Assembly: GCF_025449335.1 (NCBI RefSeq) | Contig: NZ_CP104883.1 | Span: 2,475,224-2,539,223, forward strand | DNA: 64,000 nucleotides | Direction: 5' to 3' | DNA from: Bartonella sp. HY328 | GTDB lineage: Bacteria; Pseudomonadota; Alphaproteobacteria; Rhizobiales; Rhizobiaceae | Shown here: piece after piece, positions 9,262 through 19,266 of the stretch | Numbering within the stretch: position 1 is the stretch's first letter | Layout: each line of letters starts with the position of its first letter | Made by a program: the position numbers and the translations under genes | Notes under the pieces: model-generated | The model's input: the letters and a program-made list of their open reading frames with translations, nothing else | Told to the model about the DNA's origin: nothing | The model's database searches: none

Positions 9262-9483
9262 TTAAACTTCCAGATTTTGTACCGACTGCACAAAAAAATA
9301 ATCAACAAAATAGCTTTCAATATCACGATAATAAAGCGAGTTTTTCTTGGATTTTTTATGAAAATAATCTTGCCATGGAAAAGCGGCAATTCGAGCCGCC
9401 AAATCGGCTTTTGCAATACCACCTATTGTAAAATAATCTTCCATAAAAGAGACGAGTTGATCTTGGTCAAAATATTCTTCCAA
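9262..9483 (-). CDS. Hypothetical small acidic protein (73 aa).
   Basis: ORF only, low GC, lying downstream of the hypothetical membrane protein gene. Confidence 0.3.
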   Translation of the reverse strand: MEEYFDQDQLVSFMEDYFTIGGIAKADLAARIAAFPWQDYFHKKSKKNSLYYRDIESYFVDYFFVQSVQNLEV

Positions 9484-9530
9484 TGGTACAACACGCAGCT
9501 CATCCTTGATAATAAAATCCCAGTAGCTTT

Positions 9531-9950
9531 CTAAAAAAAGGCTTCAAAAGACTTACGCGAAATTGTAACATTGACATCAGGTGGATAGTGTTTTGTAACC
9601 ATTAGGTGAAGTGCGATGATAATGGCAAATACCCAAGCTATTTCGCAAAATGCCAAGTTATAACTGCCGATTAAGCCATGAAAATAAAAAATAATGGCTA
9701 GTGAAATCGACAAAAGCAACGGGATCATAATCAAAATCATTGTTAGTTTATCAATGACAATTTGAGGTAAATATTTAATAAGAATATCATCAAGAAAGCT
9801 ATTAAGTAACACCATATAAAAATAGCAAGTAATTATCAAAAATATCATAAATTCAAAACTGAAAACAGGAAACCCATTGCTATAAATATAGCCTTTAAAG
9901 AGCCAGTAGGACATGGTGACTATGAGCATCCATATAATACGATGAACCAT
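9531..9950 (-). CDS. Hypothetical membrane protein (139 aa, about 4 TM helices).
   Basis: Hydrophobic segments. No recognised family. Confidence 0.4.
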   Translation of the reverse strand: MVHRIIWMLIVTMSYWLFKGYIYSNGFPVFSFEFMIFLIITCYFYMVLLNSFLDDILIKYLPQIVIDKLTMILIMIPLLLSISLAIIFYFHGLIGSYNLAFCEIAWVFAIIIALHLMVTKHYPPDVNVTISRKSFEAFF

Positions 9951-10021
9951 AAATTATCCTTTTATTGCCCTTTATTTTTAACGAAAGCAAAATGGAAAAA
10001 ACGCGATAGAATACCATTTGG

Positions 10022-10750
10022 TTAAAGACGCGATAGCATTTTTGCAACAAAATCGGGCACGGTCACACTTGCCTTACCTGCAAGGCGATGATCAAAAAAA
10101 CTCGATATATCATTACCACAATCTAGGTTTATCTCATAGGTTTTTGCCCCATTTTCCAATGCCATGCAAACAAAGCCAGCAGCAGGATAAACCTGCCCCG
10201 ATGTTCCAATCGCTGCAAATATATCGCAATGACTTAAGGCCAGCTCAATTTTTTCCATGTGGTAAGGCATTTCGCCAAACCAAACAATATCAGGACGCAA
10301 ACTTCCAATAGTGCCGCAGCTAGGGCATTGGCTTTGTTCGTCCATATCACCTTGCCACGGATTTTGACTGTGGCATGCGGCACAAAGAGCAGAATTTAAC
10401 TGCCCATGCATATGCAATATTTTTATGGATCCTGCTGCCTCATGTAGTGAATCTACATTTTGCGTAACCAATAAAAATTCGCTAGGCCACTTTTCTTCCA
10501 ATTCAGCAAGCGCAAAATGTGCTGCATTTGGCTTTGCAAGTTTTGCATCCTGTCGTCTTTTATTGTAAAAATCATAAACAAGTTGTGGATCATGGGCAAA
10601 ACCTTGCGGCGTTGCCACCTTTTCAACGGAATAGTTATTCCATGTACCGCCACTATCGCGGAAAGTAGGTATTCCCGACTCGGCCGAGATTCCAGCACCA
10701 GTTAAAATTAAAATAGCAGGTGCACTTTGTATTTTGGACGAGCGATACAT
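10022..10750 (-). CDS. cobB: NAD-dependent protein deacylase (sirtuin, CobB short form).
   Basis: GAGISAESGIPTFRDSGG motif, a Zn ribbon CxxC...CxxC, and a length of about 240 aa typical of housekeeping CobB. Confidence 0.85.
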   Translation of the reverse strand: MYRSSKIQSAPAILILTGAGISAESGIPTFRDSGGTWNNYSVEKVATPQGFAHDPQLVYDFYNKRRQDAKLAKPNAAHFALAELEEKWPSEFLLVTQNVDSLHEAAGSIKILHMHGQLNSALCAACHSQNPWQGDMDEQSQCPSCGTIGSLRPDIVWFGEMPYHMEKIELALSHCDIFAAIGTSGQVYPAAGFVCMALENGAKTYEINLDCGNDISSFFDHRLAGKASVTVPDFVAKMLSRL

Positions 10751-10837
10751 ATCTATAAGTCACTTTTTTAAGCAATTGAAATGATGATTTAATGCAGATA
10801 AACATATAACGCATTAAATTTGACAGGAGTATGATTA

Positions 10838-13294
10838 TTGGCAATGGATGCAGAAGCGCAAAGCAAATTGCAAGAACGAGTTGAAGAAGCTGATAATCTT
10901 TTGGCATTGCATAATCGTGCACGAAAAACAAAACAATGGGCAGCAGCCAATTTTGAACTCGGCTCGGCTTTAGCAGCGCTTGCGGCCAGTGAAGATGATC
11001 GTTTGGCATTTAGCAATTACAAAAAAGCCATAGAGACCTTTGAGCCTTCGCTTAAATTTTATGCGGAAAATGCTGAATTTAAAAGTGAATATCAAGAAGC
11101 CGTTTTGGTTCTTGCCCGTACCATTGGTGCTTATGCTCAGCGCGAAGGTGGTGATAATAGCCGCCTCATGCTGGAAAGAGCCAAAAAGCTTTTACTGCAA
11201 CTCATTGATGAGCGTTCCCTCGATACTGATCAATTTGATAAAGCACAAATATTAGTAGAGCTTGGTAAATTATACCGCATTTCTGCCGATCTTGCGCTTG
11301 GGGACAATAAGCATGAGTTTTTAAAGTTAGCAATTGCTGTCTTTAAACAAGCGGCCCAAATTTTTCAAGCCAAAGAAAAATTTGAAAATTGGGCAGATGC
11401 AGTATTGGGCGAAGCAATTGCATGGCGTGAAATTTCAACCTTGAATATTGAAGACCCACTAAAAGCCTTGTTACATTCAGTTGAGATGCTAAAAACCGTT
11501 TTGAATTATTATACACCTGCAAGCCATCCATTAGAGTGGTTTTTTGGGCATTTTGAATTTGGTCGAGCTTTTTTCCGCATTGCACTCCTCAATGAAAATG
11601 AACAACGTCACAACGCTGCAAGCGCCGCAGTTGATGCCATGCGCATTGCTTTGCAAACTGCTTCTAGTGAGATTGCACCTCAACTTATCTTACGGTTACG
11701 CATAGAGCTTGCTTTAGCCCTTTCTACCTATGCCCAAACTTTAGACGGGCAACAAGCAATTTCAAGCACATTGGAAGCCATATTGCTTTATAAAGAGCTG
11801 ATTAGCCAGTTTCAGCAAAGCGATGATATTTATGGTCTTGCTGTGATGCAAAGCAACCTTGGCAAAGAGCATATGAACCTTGCCCAAATTTTTTACAAAA
11901 TTGGCAATGAAGAAGAATGCCAAAATCATTATCAACTTGCCGCAGATATATTACGACAAAGCAATACACCAACTTTAGCACAGTACCACAATAGTCAATG
12001 GCTTTCTAATCAGATTGAGCTTGCTAAAATACTTTACAATTTTGGTAATCACTTAGGTGGCAAAAGGCAAAGTGACACGCATCTTGAAGCGGTTGAAATT
12101 TATCGCAATGTTCTAAAAAGTTTGGATAATGACCGCTCTCCAACAACATGGCGGTTAAAAATAGAGCTCTCTCTTGCGCTTTCTCACTATATTCATAGTT
12201 TTGAGCCTGACAATGCCCTTATTATATTGGAAGAAACTACTGCGCTTTATAAGCAGGCAATTGACGAACAAAGAGAAATTTGTGAAAGTTTCGGTGCTTT
12301 TGTTATTGAGGCGACACTTGGCAAGGATTTACTGGCATTGGCCACTTGCAATGGTGGAAAAAGCGGTCAAAACTACCGTTTTCAGGCCATTGACGTTTTA
12401 CGCCAATGCATTTCACCGGCACTAGAAGCCAATAATCATGAACAATGGTTGTCTGTTCTCGTCGATCTTGGCATGGCATTTTATGCAGCCGCCAATAATG
12501 ACGATACGGTAAAGCGCTTTGCTTTATATGAAGAAGCAATTGAAATTTTTAGGCAAATACTGCAAAAAATTGATAGTGATGATGCACCTGAATTTAAAGC
12601 AAAACTTCAAAACTGCATAGCATTATCGCTTGCCAATATTGGTGAAAATGACCAAAGCGAAGTTGGCTTGCAAAGGTTAAAAGAGGCTGAACTTTCCTTT
12701 AGGCTTGCCTTGCAATCAGCAGAAAAGCGCGAAAGCGAAATTGAGCTTATGCGTCTTGAAAGCAATATTGCCAATTTATTTTACACTTTAGCTCGTCGCA
12801 GTGAAGGTGAAGAAGCCAAGTCCTATATTCATTATGCTGCTCAGACGATAAAAAAGGCCATCTCTCGTATCCGTAAAGACATATTACCTAATGAATGGCT
12901 TACCAGCCAATCTAATTATGGCCTAATCCTTAAGCATATGGTTGAAAATAATTATAGCGACGATCTTAATGCCGATTATGCCCGTTCAGTAGCCGCTTTT
13001 GAAGAAGCTCTCACTGCCAGCACAATAACCGATTCAGAAGTTGAATATATAGTCCACTTACAAAATCTTGTAGCAACCTTGCTTAGCTGGAGCCAGCATT
13101 GCGAAGGAAATGAACGTCTCATTGCATTAGAGCGCGCTTTTGCACTTTTGGCTGAAGTTGAAGAGTGGGCAGAAAATCATGATCAAGCAGAAATTTTTGA
13201 AGAGGCACAACAAAGCCGCGCGCAATTAGCACTGGTTATAAAAGACAGCAAACCTAAAAAATTTTTAAAACGCCTCTTTCCATTTATTGGCTGA
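10838..13294 (+). CDS. Large all-alpha TPR-like repeat protein of unknown function (812-818 aa).
   Basis: Long ORF with repeated helical hairpin-like segments (LALALS..., AxxxYxxA patterns). No catalytic motif was recognised and there is no signal peptide. ATG at 10844 is the probable start. Confidence 0.6.
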   Translation: MAMDAEAQSKLQERVEEADNLLALHNRARKTKQWAAANFELGSALAALAASEDDRLAFSNYKKAIETFEPSLKFYAENAEFKSEYQEAVLVLARTIGAYAQREGGDNSRLMLERAKKLLLQLIDERSLDTDQFDKAQILVELGKLYRISADLALGDNKHEFLKLAIAVFKQAAQIFQAKEKFENWADAVLGEAIAWREISTLNIEDPLKALLHSVEMLKTVLNYYTPASHPLEWFFGHFEFGRAFFRIALLNENEQRHNAASAAVDAMRIALQTASSEIAPQLILRLRIELALALSTYAQTLDGQQAISSTLEAILLYKELISQFQQSDDIYGLAVMQSNLGKEHMNLAQIFYKIGNEEECQNHYQLAADILRQSNTPTLAQYHNSQWLSNQIELAKILYNFGNHLGGKRQSDTHLEAVEIYRNVLKSLDNDRSPTTWRLKIELSLALSHYIHSFEPDNALIILEETTALYKQAIDEQREICESFGAFVIEATLGKDLLALATCNGGKSGQNYRFQAIDVLRQCISPALEANNHEQWLSVLVDLGMAFYAAANNDDTVKRFALYEEAIEIFRQILQKIDSDDAPEFKAKLQNCIALSLANIGENDQSEVGLQRLKEAELSFRLALQSAEKRESEIELMRLESNIANLFYTLARRSEGEEAKSYIHYAAQTIKKAISRIRKDILPNEWLTSQSNYGLILKHMVENNYSDDLNADYARSVAAFEEALTASTITDSEVEYIVHLQNLVATLLSWSQHCEGNERLIALERAFALLAEVEEWAENHDQAEIFEEAQQSRAQLALVIKDSKPKKFLKRLFPFIG

Positions 13295-13336
13295 GATATA
13301 CTGCAAAAGGCAATCATATCGCTAATAATATAGCCA

Positions 13337-13374
13337 CATAATTTTGGCTGCTTTTTTCGACAGCCAAAATTATG
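13337..13374 (+). terminator. Stem-loop after the TPR-like gene (cataattttggctg / cagccaaaattatg, 14-bp arms).
   Basis: Perfect inverted repeat read directly from the sequence. The T-run lies inside the loop and weakly downstream. Confidence 0.4.
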
Positions 13375-13679
13375 ATGGATGAGCATTCGTTTATTTTTAT
13401 TTACAACCTCTAATGCACCCAATTCAATTACATTCAATAGACAATATTTCGCGCCATTAGACAATTAACTTATTCGTTAATAAAGATTTATTTGGCTTAT
13501 AAAATACTAATACCTGCAAGCCTATAGATATCAAACCTGCCCCTCTCCAACCTTTATCCGTTAATATTTTTAGAATATTTAAAAGTTTTAATTTATTATT
13601 TATAATATCAATTTCATATTGAAATAATATAATTTATCGGTAATAAAGCTAAATATATATTTGCAATTAGGAGGGCTCA

Positions 13680-14129
13680 ATGGATTTTAAAACTGCTATT
13701 TATACTTGCTTACGACCAAAATACGCAAATTTCAGCGATCGTGCATCAATATCAGAATTTTGGTGGTTTGTATTGTTTTATATAACAAGTATTATTGGCA
13801 TTGGGAGTATTGGTCTTTTAATTGCAGTAAGTTTAGATTCAATGGGCTTATATGGATCAGCTTATCATGTGTTCGTGATTGCACCGATAATACTATGGGT
13901 CCTTTTTCTTATAATTCCCATAATTGCCGTCAATGTACGACGGTTTCACGACATTGATATGACTGGCTGGTGGTTTTTGCTTTTTTATTTATTACAATGC
14001 ATTCCACTTATAAACTTAATAGCCTTTGTTGTTAATATTGTACTATTTTGTAAGCCTGGAAGTGAAGGTCCAAACCGTTTTGGCAATAGTCCATTTGCCA
14101 TAGATGATTATCAAGAGACATTTAAATAA
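13680..14129 (+). CDS. DUF805 family inner membrane protein (paralog 1).
   Basis: 149 aa with the motifs RxSxSE(F/Y)WWF and VRRxHDxxxxGWW. Confidence 0.75.
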   Translation: MDFKTAIYTCLRPKYANFSDRASISEFWWFVLFYITSIIGIGSIGLLIAVSLDSMGLYGSAYHVFVIAPIILWVLFLIIPIIAVNVRRFHDIDMTGWWFLLFYLLQCIPLINLIAFVVNIVLFCKPGSEGPNRFGNSPFAIDDYQETFK

Positions 14130-14276
14130 GCACAATTTGAAACGATCAACATCTACTTCAACTTGCTAGCTAATTGCAAAAGTTTAATCACAATAACAGT
14201 CTCAATGTAAATTTATTATTATTTTATATAATAGCAATATAAAAAACGTCTGTTTAGTTTTGCGCAACAGAATTTT

Positions 14277-14312
14277 AAAAGGGCGCATTTAAAAATGCGC
14301 CCTTTTGCTTTT
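14277..14312. terminator. Bidirectional terminator (aaaagggcgcattt...aaatgcgccctttt) between the convergent DUF805 and gcd genes.
   Basis: GC-rich inverted repeat with an A-run and a T-run on either side. Confidence 0.65.
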
Positions 14313-14337
14313 TGACCGTTTATAGTCGAATTATAAA

Positions 14338-16773
14338 CTAATTTTTCTCTTTCAAACGATAGGCAATAATGTAATCGCCGCGGTCTGGCTGACCGCGTGC
14401 ACCACTCGCGGTTAAAACAATATATTGTTTACCTGTTTTAGGTGAAATATATGTCATTGGCGTTGATTGCCCACCTACTGGCAGCCGAGACTTCCATATT
14501 TCTGCGCCCGTGGCACTATTAAATGCCCTTAAATAATAATCTTGGGTGCCGCTATAGAAGATAAGGTTACCTGCCGTTGCAAGCGGCCCACCAAGGCTTG
14601 GCAAACCAGCCTTAATTGGCAAACCAATTTTTAATCCCATAGGACCAGAGTCTTCCGTTGTACCAAGTGGCACTTGCCAAACAATTTTACGACTTGCAAG
14701 ATCAACCGCAGTTAAAGTGCCAAAAGGTGGTGTATTACAAGGAACCCCCAAAGCCGAGAGAAAATAGTTGGTTGTTACGCCAAAGGGCGTACCTTTTTGC
14801 GGACTATAACCAATATGGCCATCACCAGCTTTCATGCCATCACTCGTTTCATCATGGGGAATTAATTGTGGTGCCATGGCAAGACGAATATCATTAATAA
14901 TTAAATAGCCTTTACTTTCGTCAATTGAGACACTTCCCCAATTCATACCACCAAGATTAGAGGGATATTGAATTGTTGTTTGTACTGATGGCGGGGTAAA
15001 ATCGCCTTGATAATTCATCTTTTTAAAGTCAATACGGCACAAAAGCTGATCAAACATCGTCATGCCCCACATATCGCTTTCCTTAAATTCGGGATAACGA
15101 ATTTGTGGCATACCAACTGAGTAAGGCTGAGTGGGCGACACATAATCACCAGCAGCAACACCTGTTTGGGGTACGTTTTTTTCTTGCACCTCTGCAATGG
15201 GTGTACCATCGCGCCGATCAAGCATAAAAATTTCACCGCGTTTGGTGACTTGAATAATAGCAGGGATGCGGTTGCCTTTTTCATCTGGCACATCATAAAG
15301 TGCAGGCTGGGCTGGAATATCATAATCCCATAAATCATGATGGGTGGTTTGGAATTTCCACTTTTCTTTGCCTGTATGATAATCAACCGCAACGATTGAA
15401 GAATTATATTCATCAGCTGCCTTGGTACGTTTTCCACCCCAATAGTCAGGCGTCTCGTTACCAGTTGGCAAATAAACAAGGCCTAATTTTTCATCATAGG
15501 CTGGCGTTGTCCAAACATTTGGTGTACCCCTTGTATAAGTTTCACCTTGTGGTGGCTCTTTGGTAATTGCAGGATTACCCAAATCCCACGCCCAGATTAA
15601 CGAACCATCTTCGGCGCTAAAAGCGCGCACAACACCCGATGGCTCACCAAGCGACATATTATCCCAAACCCAACCGGCAATAATGATCATACCATTTTCA
15701 ATTACAGTGGGGCCTGAAGTTTGCATGTAATAACCTGGATCAACCTCGCCCATACCTTGGCGCAAATCAACTTCGCCATTCTTGCCAAAAGAAGAGCATT
15801 TAGCGCCGGTTTTAGCGTCAATGGCGATAAGGCGCGTGTTGATGGTACCAAGGATAATGCGTTGGCGACAATCTGTATTGCGCGCAATTATAGTATTTTC
15901 ATCTGCTCCAATACTATTGGTTTGCGGCGCTAATGTAATAGTATTCTTATCAAGATCAGCATAGGCCAGTGAGCGACAACGCTGCCAAAGTGGCGAGGTC
16001 GCCTTGGGATCAAATGACCAACGTTTTTCGCCACTATCTACGTCAAGTGCCGAAACAATATCATGTGGTGAACAAGCATAAACAGTATCACCAATTTGCA
16101 ATGGTGTATTTTGATCTTCCGCTTGTCCCTTTGCTATATCACCGGTTTGAAATGTCCATGCAACTTCCAAGTCTTTTACATTATCTTGGTTAATTTGGTT
16201 GAAAGGCGCAAAACGCCGCCCTTCTCCATTACGTGCATAATGGGTCCAATCACCTGTACCACTCATCGCAAGTGCAGCCTTCCCACTTGCTGCCTGTGGA
16301 TCATTGACCAAGTAATGGACTTTAAACAAATTGAGAAAAATAAAAGCTGAAAAAACGCCAATAACCGCGCCAATAGGCCAAAAAATTCTGCGTAAACGAC
16401 AGGCGCTCGACCACTGCCTTGCTAAAGGAAAGAAGATAAAGACAAGACAGGTCATCACCAATAAAGTGAAACTTCTTGGGAAGAACCCCCAAAAATTTGT
16501 ACCCTTTTCCCATAAAGCCCAAATAATAGTGCCTGCCATAAGAATAAGATAAAGCCAAGCACCAAATATGTTAACGCGCCACAATAAAAATGCAGCGATG
16601 AGGCTCACTAATCCAGCGATAATATAATAGGGACTGCCAGCATTTATTGCCAAATAACCGCCCATTATTGCAAGATAAAGGCCCATGATAGCCATAACAA
16701 ATGCAATTATTCTTAATAAAAATGTTCCAAATCGAGAATTTTTATGATTCATCGCAACCTCCAGCAAAGACAA
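14338..16773 (-). CDS. gcd: Membrane-bound PQQ-dependent glucose dehydrogenase (quinoprotein).
   Basis: 811 aa with five N-terminal TM helices followed by a PQQ beta-propeller domain. Confidence 0.9.
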   Translation of the reverse strand: MSLLEVAMNHKNSRFGTFLLRIIAFVMAIMGLYLAIMGGYLAINAGSPYYIIAGLVSLIAAFLLWRVNIFGAWLYLILMAGTIIWALWEKGTNFWGFFPRSFTLLVMTCLVFIFFPLARQWSSACRLRRIFWPIGAVIGVFSAFIFLNLFKVHYLVNDPQAASGKAALAMSGTGDWTHYARNGEGRRFAPFNQINQDNVKDLEVAWTFQTGDIAKGQAEDQNTPLQIGDTVYACSPHDIVSALDVDSGEKRWSFDPKATSPLWQRCRSLAYADLDKNTITLAPQTNSIGADENTIIARNTDCRQRIILGTINTRLIAIDAKTGAKCSSFGKNGEVDLRQGMGEVDPGYYMQTSGPTVIENGMIIIAGWVWDNMSLGEPSGVVRAFSAEDGSLIWAWDLGNPAITKEPPQGETYTRGTPNVWTTPAYDEKLGLVYLPTGNETPDYWGGKRTKAADEYNSSIVAVDYHTGKEKWKFQTTHHDLWDYDIPAQPALYDVPDEKGNRIPAIIQVTKRGEIFMLDRRDGTPIAEVQEKNVPQTGVAAGDYVSPTQPYSVGMPQIRYPEFKESDMWGMTMFDQLLCRIDFKKMNYQGDFTPPSVQTTIQYPSNLGGMNWGSVSIDESKGYLIINDIRLAMAPQLIPHDETSDGMKAGDGHIGYSPQKGTPFGVTTNYFLSALGVPCNTPPFGTLTAVDLASRKIVWQVPLGTTEDSGPMGLKIGLPIKAGLPSLGGPLATAGNLIFYSGTQDYYLRAFNSATGAEIWKSRLPVGGQSTPMTYISPKTGKQYIVLTASGARGQPDRGDYIIAYRLKEKN

Positions 16774-17599
16774 GGTAACGATATAGATTAATAAGAAAGC
16801 ATCAAATCACTTTTATTTTAGAACAAATAATATATATTTAAATTATACATATTTATGAGAAAATAGAATAACTCTACTTTTTTAAATTTACCTTATTAAT
16901 TTTTTGACAATATCTTTGCGCTGTTGATGGCCCATAATTCTTTAATAATATGGCGCAGCACGAATGCAAAAGCAATTATCTTCAACTGTGATAAAAACCC
17001 AAATACTTATCTGTGTAAGTTCAGGCAAGTTTTGCATAAAAAACGCGTAAATCTCACCTTTTATCTTTTGTGAGAATATTACATGACAATAATATATCAC
17101 GTTTATCCTGAACTATTAAATCAAGAAGTTGACCAATATAAGTTCCCCCAAATTTTGATCTCAACTATTATATTCAAAATTTTTACGAATTTTAAATTAA
17201 TCGGCAAATATTTAAAACCACATGGAAATATGATTAATATCGCTCCTATATATATCACGAAGACCTCATCATAGATGGCAAAGCTTTTAAATGAGAAGAT
17301 ATAAATCCTATCGACCCAATATTTTATAATAATTCGGTTTACTTGCAATATGCCAATATTCTTAATGGCTGCATGCCGAGAGGGAGCGCTGTTGGCTTTA
17401 CGTTTTTTCAGACGGTAATGATAGCGAACTTTTCTTTAACGCAAACAAACAATATGTTGTTTCATTTAACCACTATACGTAAATTCTAATTTGCGCTAAC
17501 GAGTACAAGACTTAATATAACAAATAAATTTTTTACATTGATATTCTTCACATCATGAACAATAAATCAAAAATATAATGAAGAAAATAGGCAAGTATA

Positions 17600-18049
17600 A
17601 TGGAATTTAAAACGGCAATTTACACGTGTTTGCGATTAAAATATGCAGATTTCAACAGTCGGGCATCGCGATCTGAATATTGGTGGTTTACACTGTTTAA
17701 CCTTATTAGTCTGGCCGTGATGGTTATAATTAGCGCTATTCTAGCATCATTGATTAGCTCATCAGAACCAGACTCAACACGTTATATAACATTTCTACCG
17801 TCTGTATGGTTTATATGGTTTTTGGCAATTATTATACCAAGCCTTGCAGTCAGTGTTAGGCGACTTCATGATGTTAATAGATCTGGCTGGTGGATTTTAT
17901 TCTATTTCACCTTCCAAATGCTGCCACTTATCGGGGTTGTTTTTACGATTATCTACTTAATTTTGCTTTGCAAGCCAGGCCATGCAGCCCCAAACCGATT
18001 TGGCAATAATCCCTATGCAATTACATATTATCAAAACACATTTCAATAG
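17600..18049 (+). CDS. DUF805 family inner membrane protein (paralog 2).
   Basis: 149 aa. The N- and C-termini are near-identical to the protein at 13680 (MxFKTAIYTCLR..., ...PNRFGNxPxAI). Confidence 0.75.
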   Translation: MEFKTAIYTCLRLKYADFNSRASRSEYWWFTLFNLISLAVMVIISAILASLISSSEPDSTRYITFLPSVWFIWFLAIIIPSLAVSVRRLHDVNRSGWWILFYFTFQMLPLIGVVFTIIYLILLCKPGHAAPNRFGNNPYAITYYQNTFQ

Positions 18050-18050
18050 A

Positions 18051-18079
18051 TTAGGGTCAGGACCTAGTAATTTAAAGAC
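18051..18079 (+). repeat. Solo copy of the 23-bp terminal inverted repeat of the MITE-like element at 54259 (ttagggtcaggacctaGtaatttaaa).
   Basis: 26 of 28 nt identical to the left end of the 54259-54540 element. It starts 2 nt after the DUF805 stop. Confidence 0.5.
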
Positions 18080-18283
18080 AACAATTAGATTGCTATGCTG
18101 TTAAACGCAATCATAACTCAACTCACTTTTTAACCTTGTTAAAAATTTTAAATCCATCCATGCATGAGCATAGATGGATTTAAATATATGGTAAAACTAG
18201 CTAATACCGCAAAAACAAAATTATAATTTTGCGCATCAAACTGTTTTACTACTTGTCGGCCTTAATGTTTTTTGCCCTATAAC

Positions 18284-19138
18284 TTAATCGCGCAACAAAT
18301 CGTTGATTGATGTTTTAGAACGGGTTTTTTCATCAACACGTTTAACAATGACCGCACAATAAAGGCTTGGCACTGGTTTACCATCGCCAAGATCTTTACC
18401 AGGTAGGCTACCCGAAACAACAACCGAATAAGGTGGCACTTCACCATAGAAAATTTCACCTGTTGCGCGATCAACAATTTTGGTAGACTTGCCGATATAA
18501 ACGCCCATACCAAGAACCGCACCCTCACGGATAATACAGCCTTCAACCACTTCAGAGCGCGCACCAATAAAGCAATTATCTTCAATAATTGTTGGACCTG
18601 CCTGCAATGGCTCCAATACACCGCCGATACCGACACCGCCAGAAAGATGCACATTTTTACCAATTTGCGCGCATGAACCAACAGTTGCCCAAGTATCAAC
18701 CATTGTCCCTTCGCCAACATGAGCGCCAAGATTGACAAAAGATGGCATTAAAATAACATTAGGTGCGATATAAGCAGAATGACGTACGATCGCATTAGGA
18801 ACAGCGCGGAAGGCTGCTTGTTTAAATTGTTCTTCGCCCCAACCATGAAATTTTGATGGCACCTTATCCCACCATGATGAACCATCAGGGCCACCTGAAA
18901 TAAGTTCCATAGGGTTTAACCGGAAAGAAAGTAAAACAGCCTTTTTTGCCCATTGATTAACATGCCATTCGCCATTATCACGGCGTTCTGCCACACGTAA
19001 CTCGCCTTTATCCAAAAGGTTAAGCACATGCTCGACGCTATCGCGCACTTCACCTTTTGTATCGGTTGAAATAGAATCGCGTGCATCAAAGGCTTGCTCA
19101 ATAAGTGCTTCCAACGCATGATAATTTGCTTGCGTCAT
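18284..19138 (-). CDS. dapD: 2,3,4,5-tetrahydropyridine-2,6-dicarboxylate N-succinyltransferase.
   Basis: Left-handed beta-helix hexapeptide repeats and a DapD-like N-terminus. The probable start is MTQANY (the ORF track extends to 19150). Confidence 0.85.
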   Translation of the reverse strand: MTQANYHALEALIEQAFDARDSISTDTKGEVRDSVEHVLNLLDKGELRVAERRDNGEWHVNQWAKKAVLLSFRLNPMELISGGPDGSSWWDKVPSKFHGWGEEQFKQAAFRAVPNAIVRHSAYIAPNVILMPSFVNLGAHVGEGTMVDTWATVGSCAQIGKNVHLSGGVGIGGVLEPLQAGPTIIEDNCFIGARSEVVEGCIIREGAVLGMGVYIGKSTKIVDRATGEIFYGEVPPYSVVVSGSLPGKDLGDGKPVPSLYCAVIVKRVDEKTRSKTSINDLLRD

Positions 19139-19266
19139 AAAAATCTCCATTACTGATGTTAAAAAACTTTAAACCCATTAAGCATATTATTTGCAAAACG
19201 TACAGGCAGCAACCACCGGCAATACCTATTGATACGATAAAATATTAATTAAACCTAAAAATAATA

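Noticed and set aside
10022-13294. Sirtuin next to a large TPR protein read as a SIR2-based anti-phage defence system.
   Set aside because: The SIR2 protein is a canonical short CobB deacylase (GAGIS...TFR, a Zn ribbon CxxC...CxxC, about 240 aa). It has no fused or adjacent effector or sensor domain typical of Thoeris or DSR systems, and the TPR gene is divergently transcribed.
17083-17348. ORFs 17083..17274 + and 17121..17348 - in the AT-rich gcd/DUF805 intergenic region.
   Set aside because: Ile/Lys/Asn/Phe-rich translations are expected from about 25% GC DNA. There is no RBS and no conserved motifs. The region is more likely non-coding promoter or spacer DNA.
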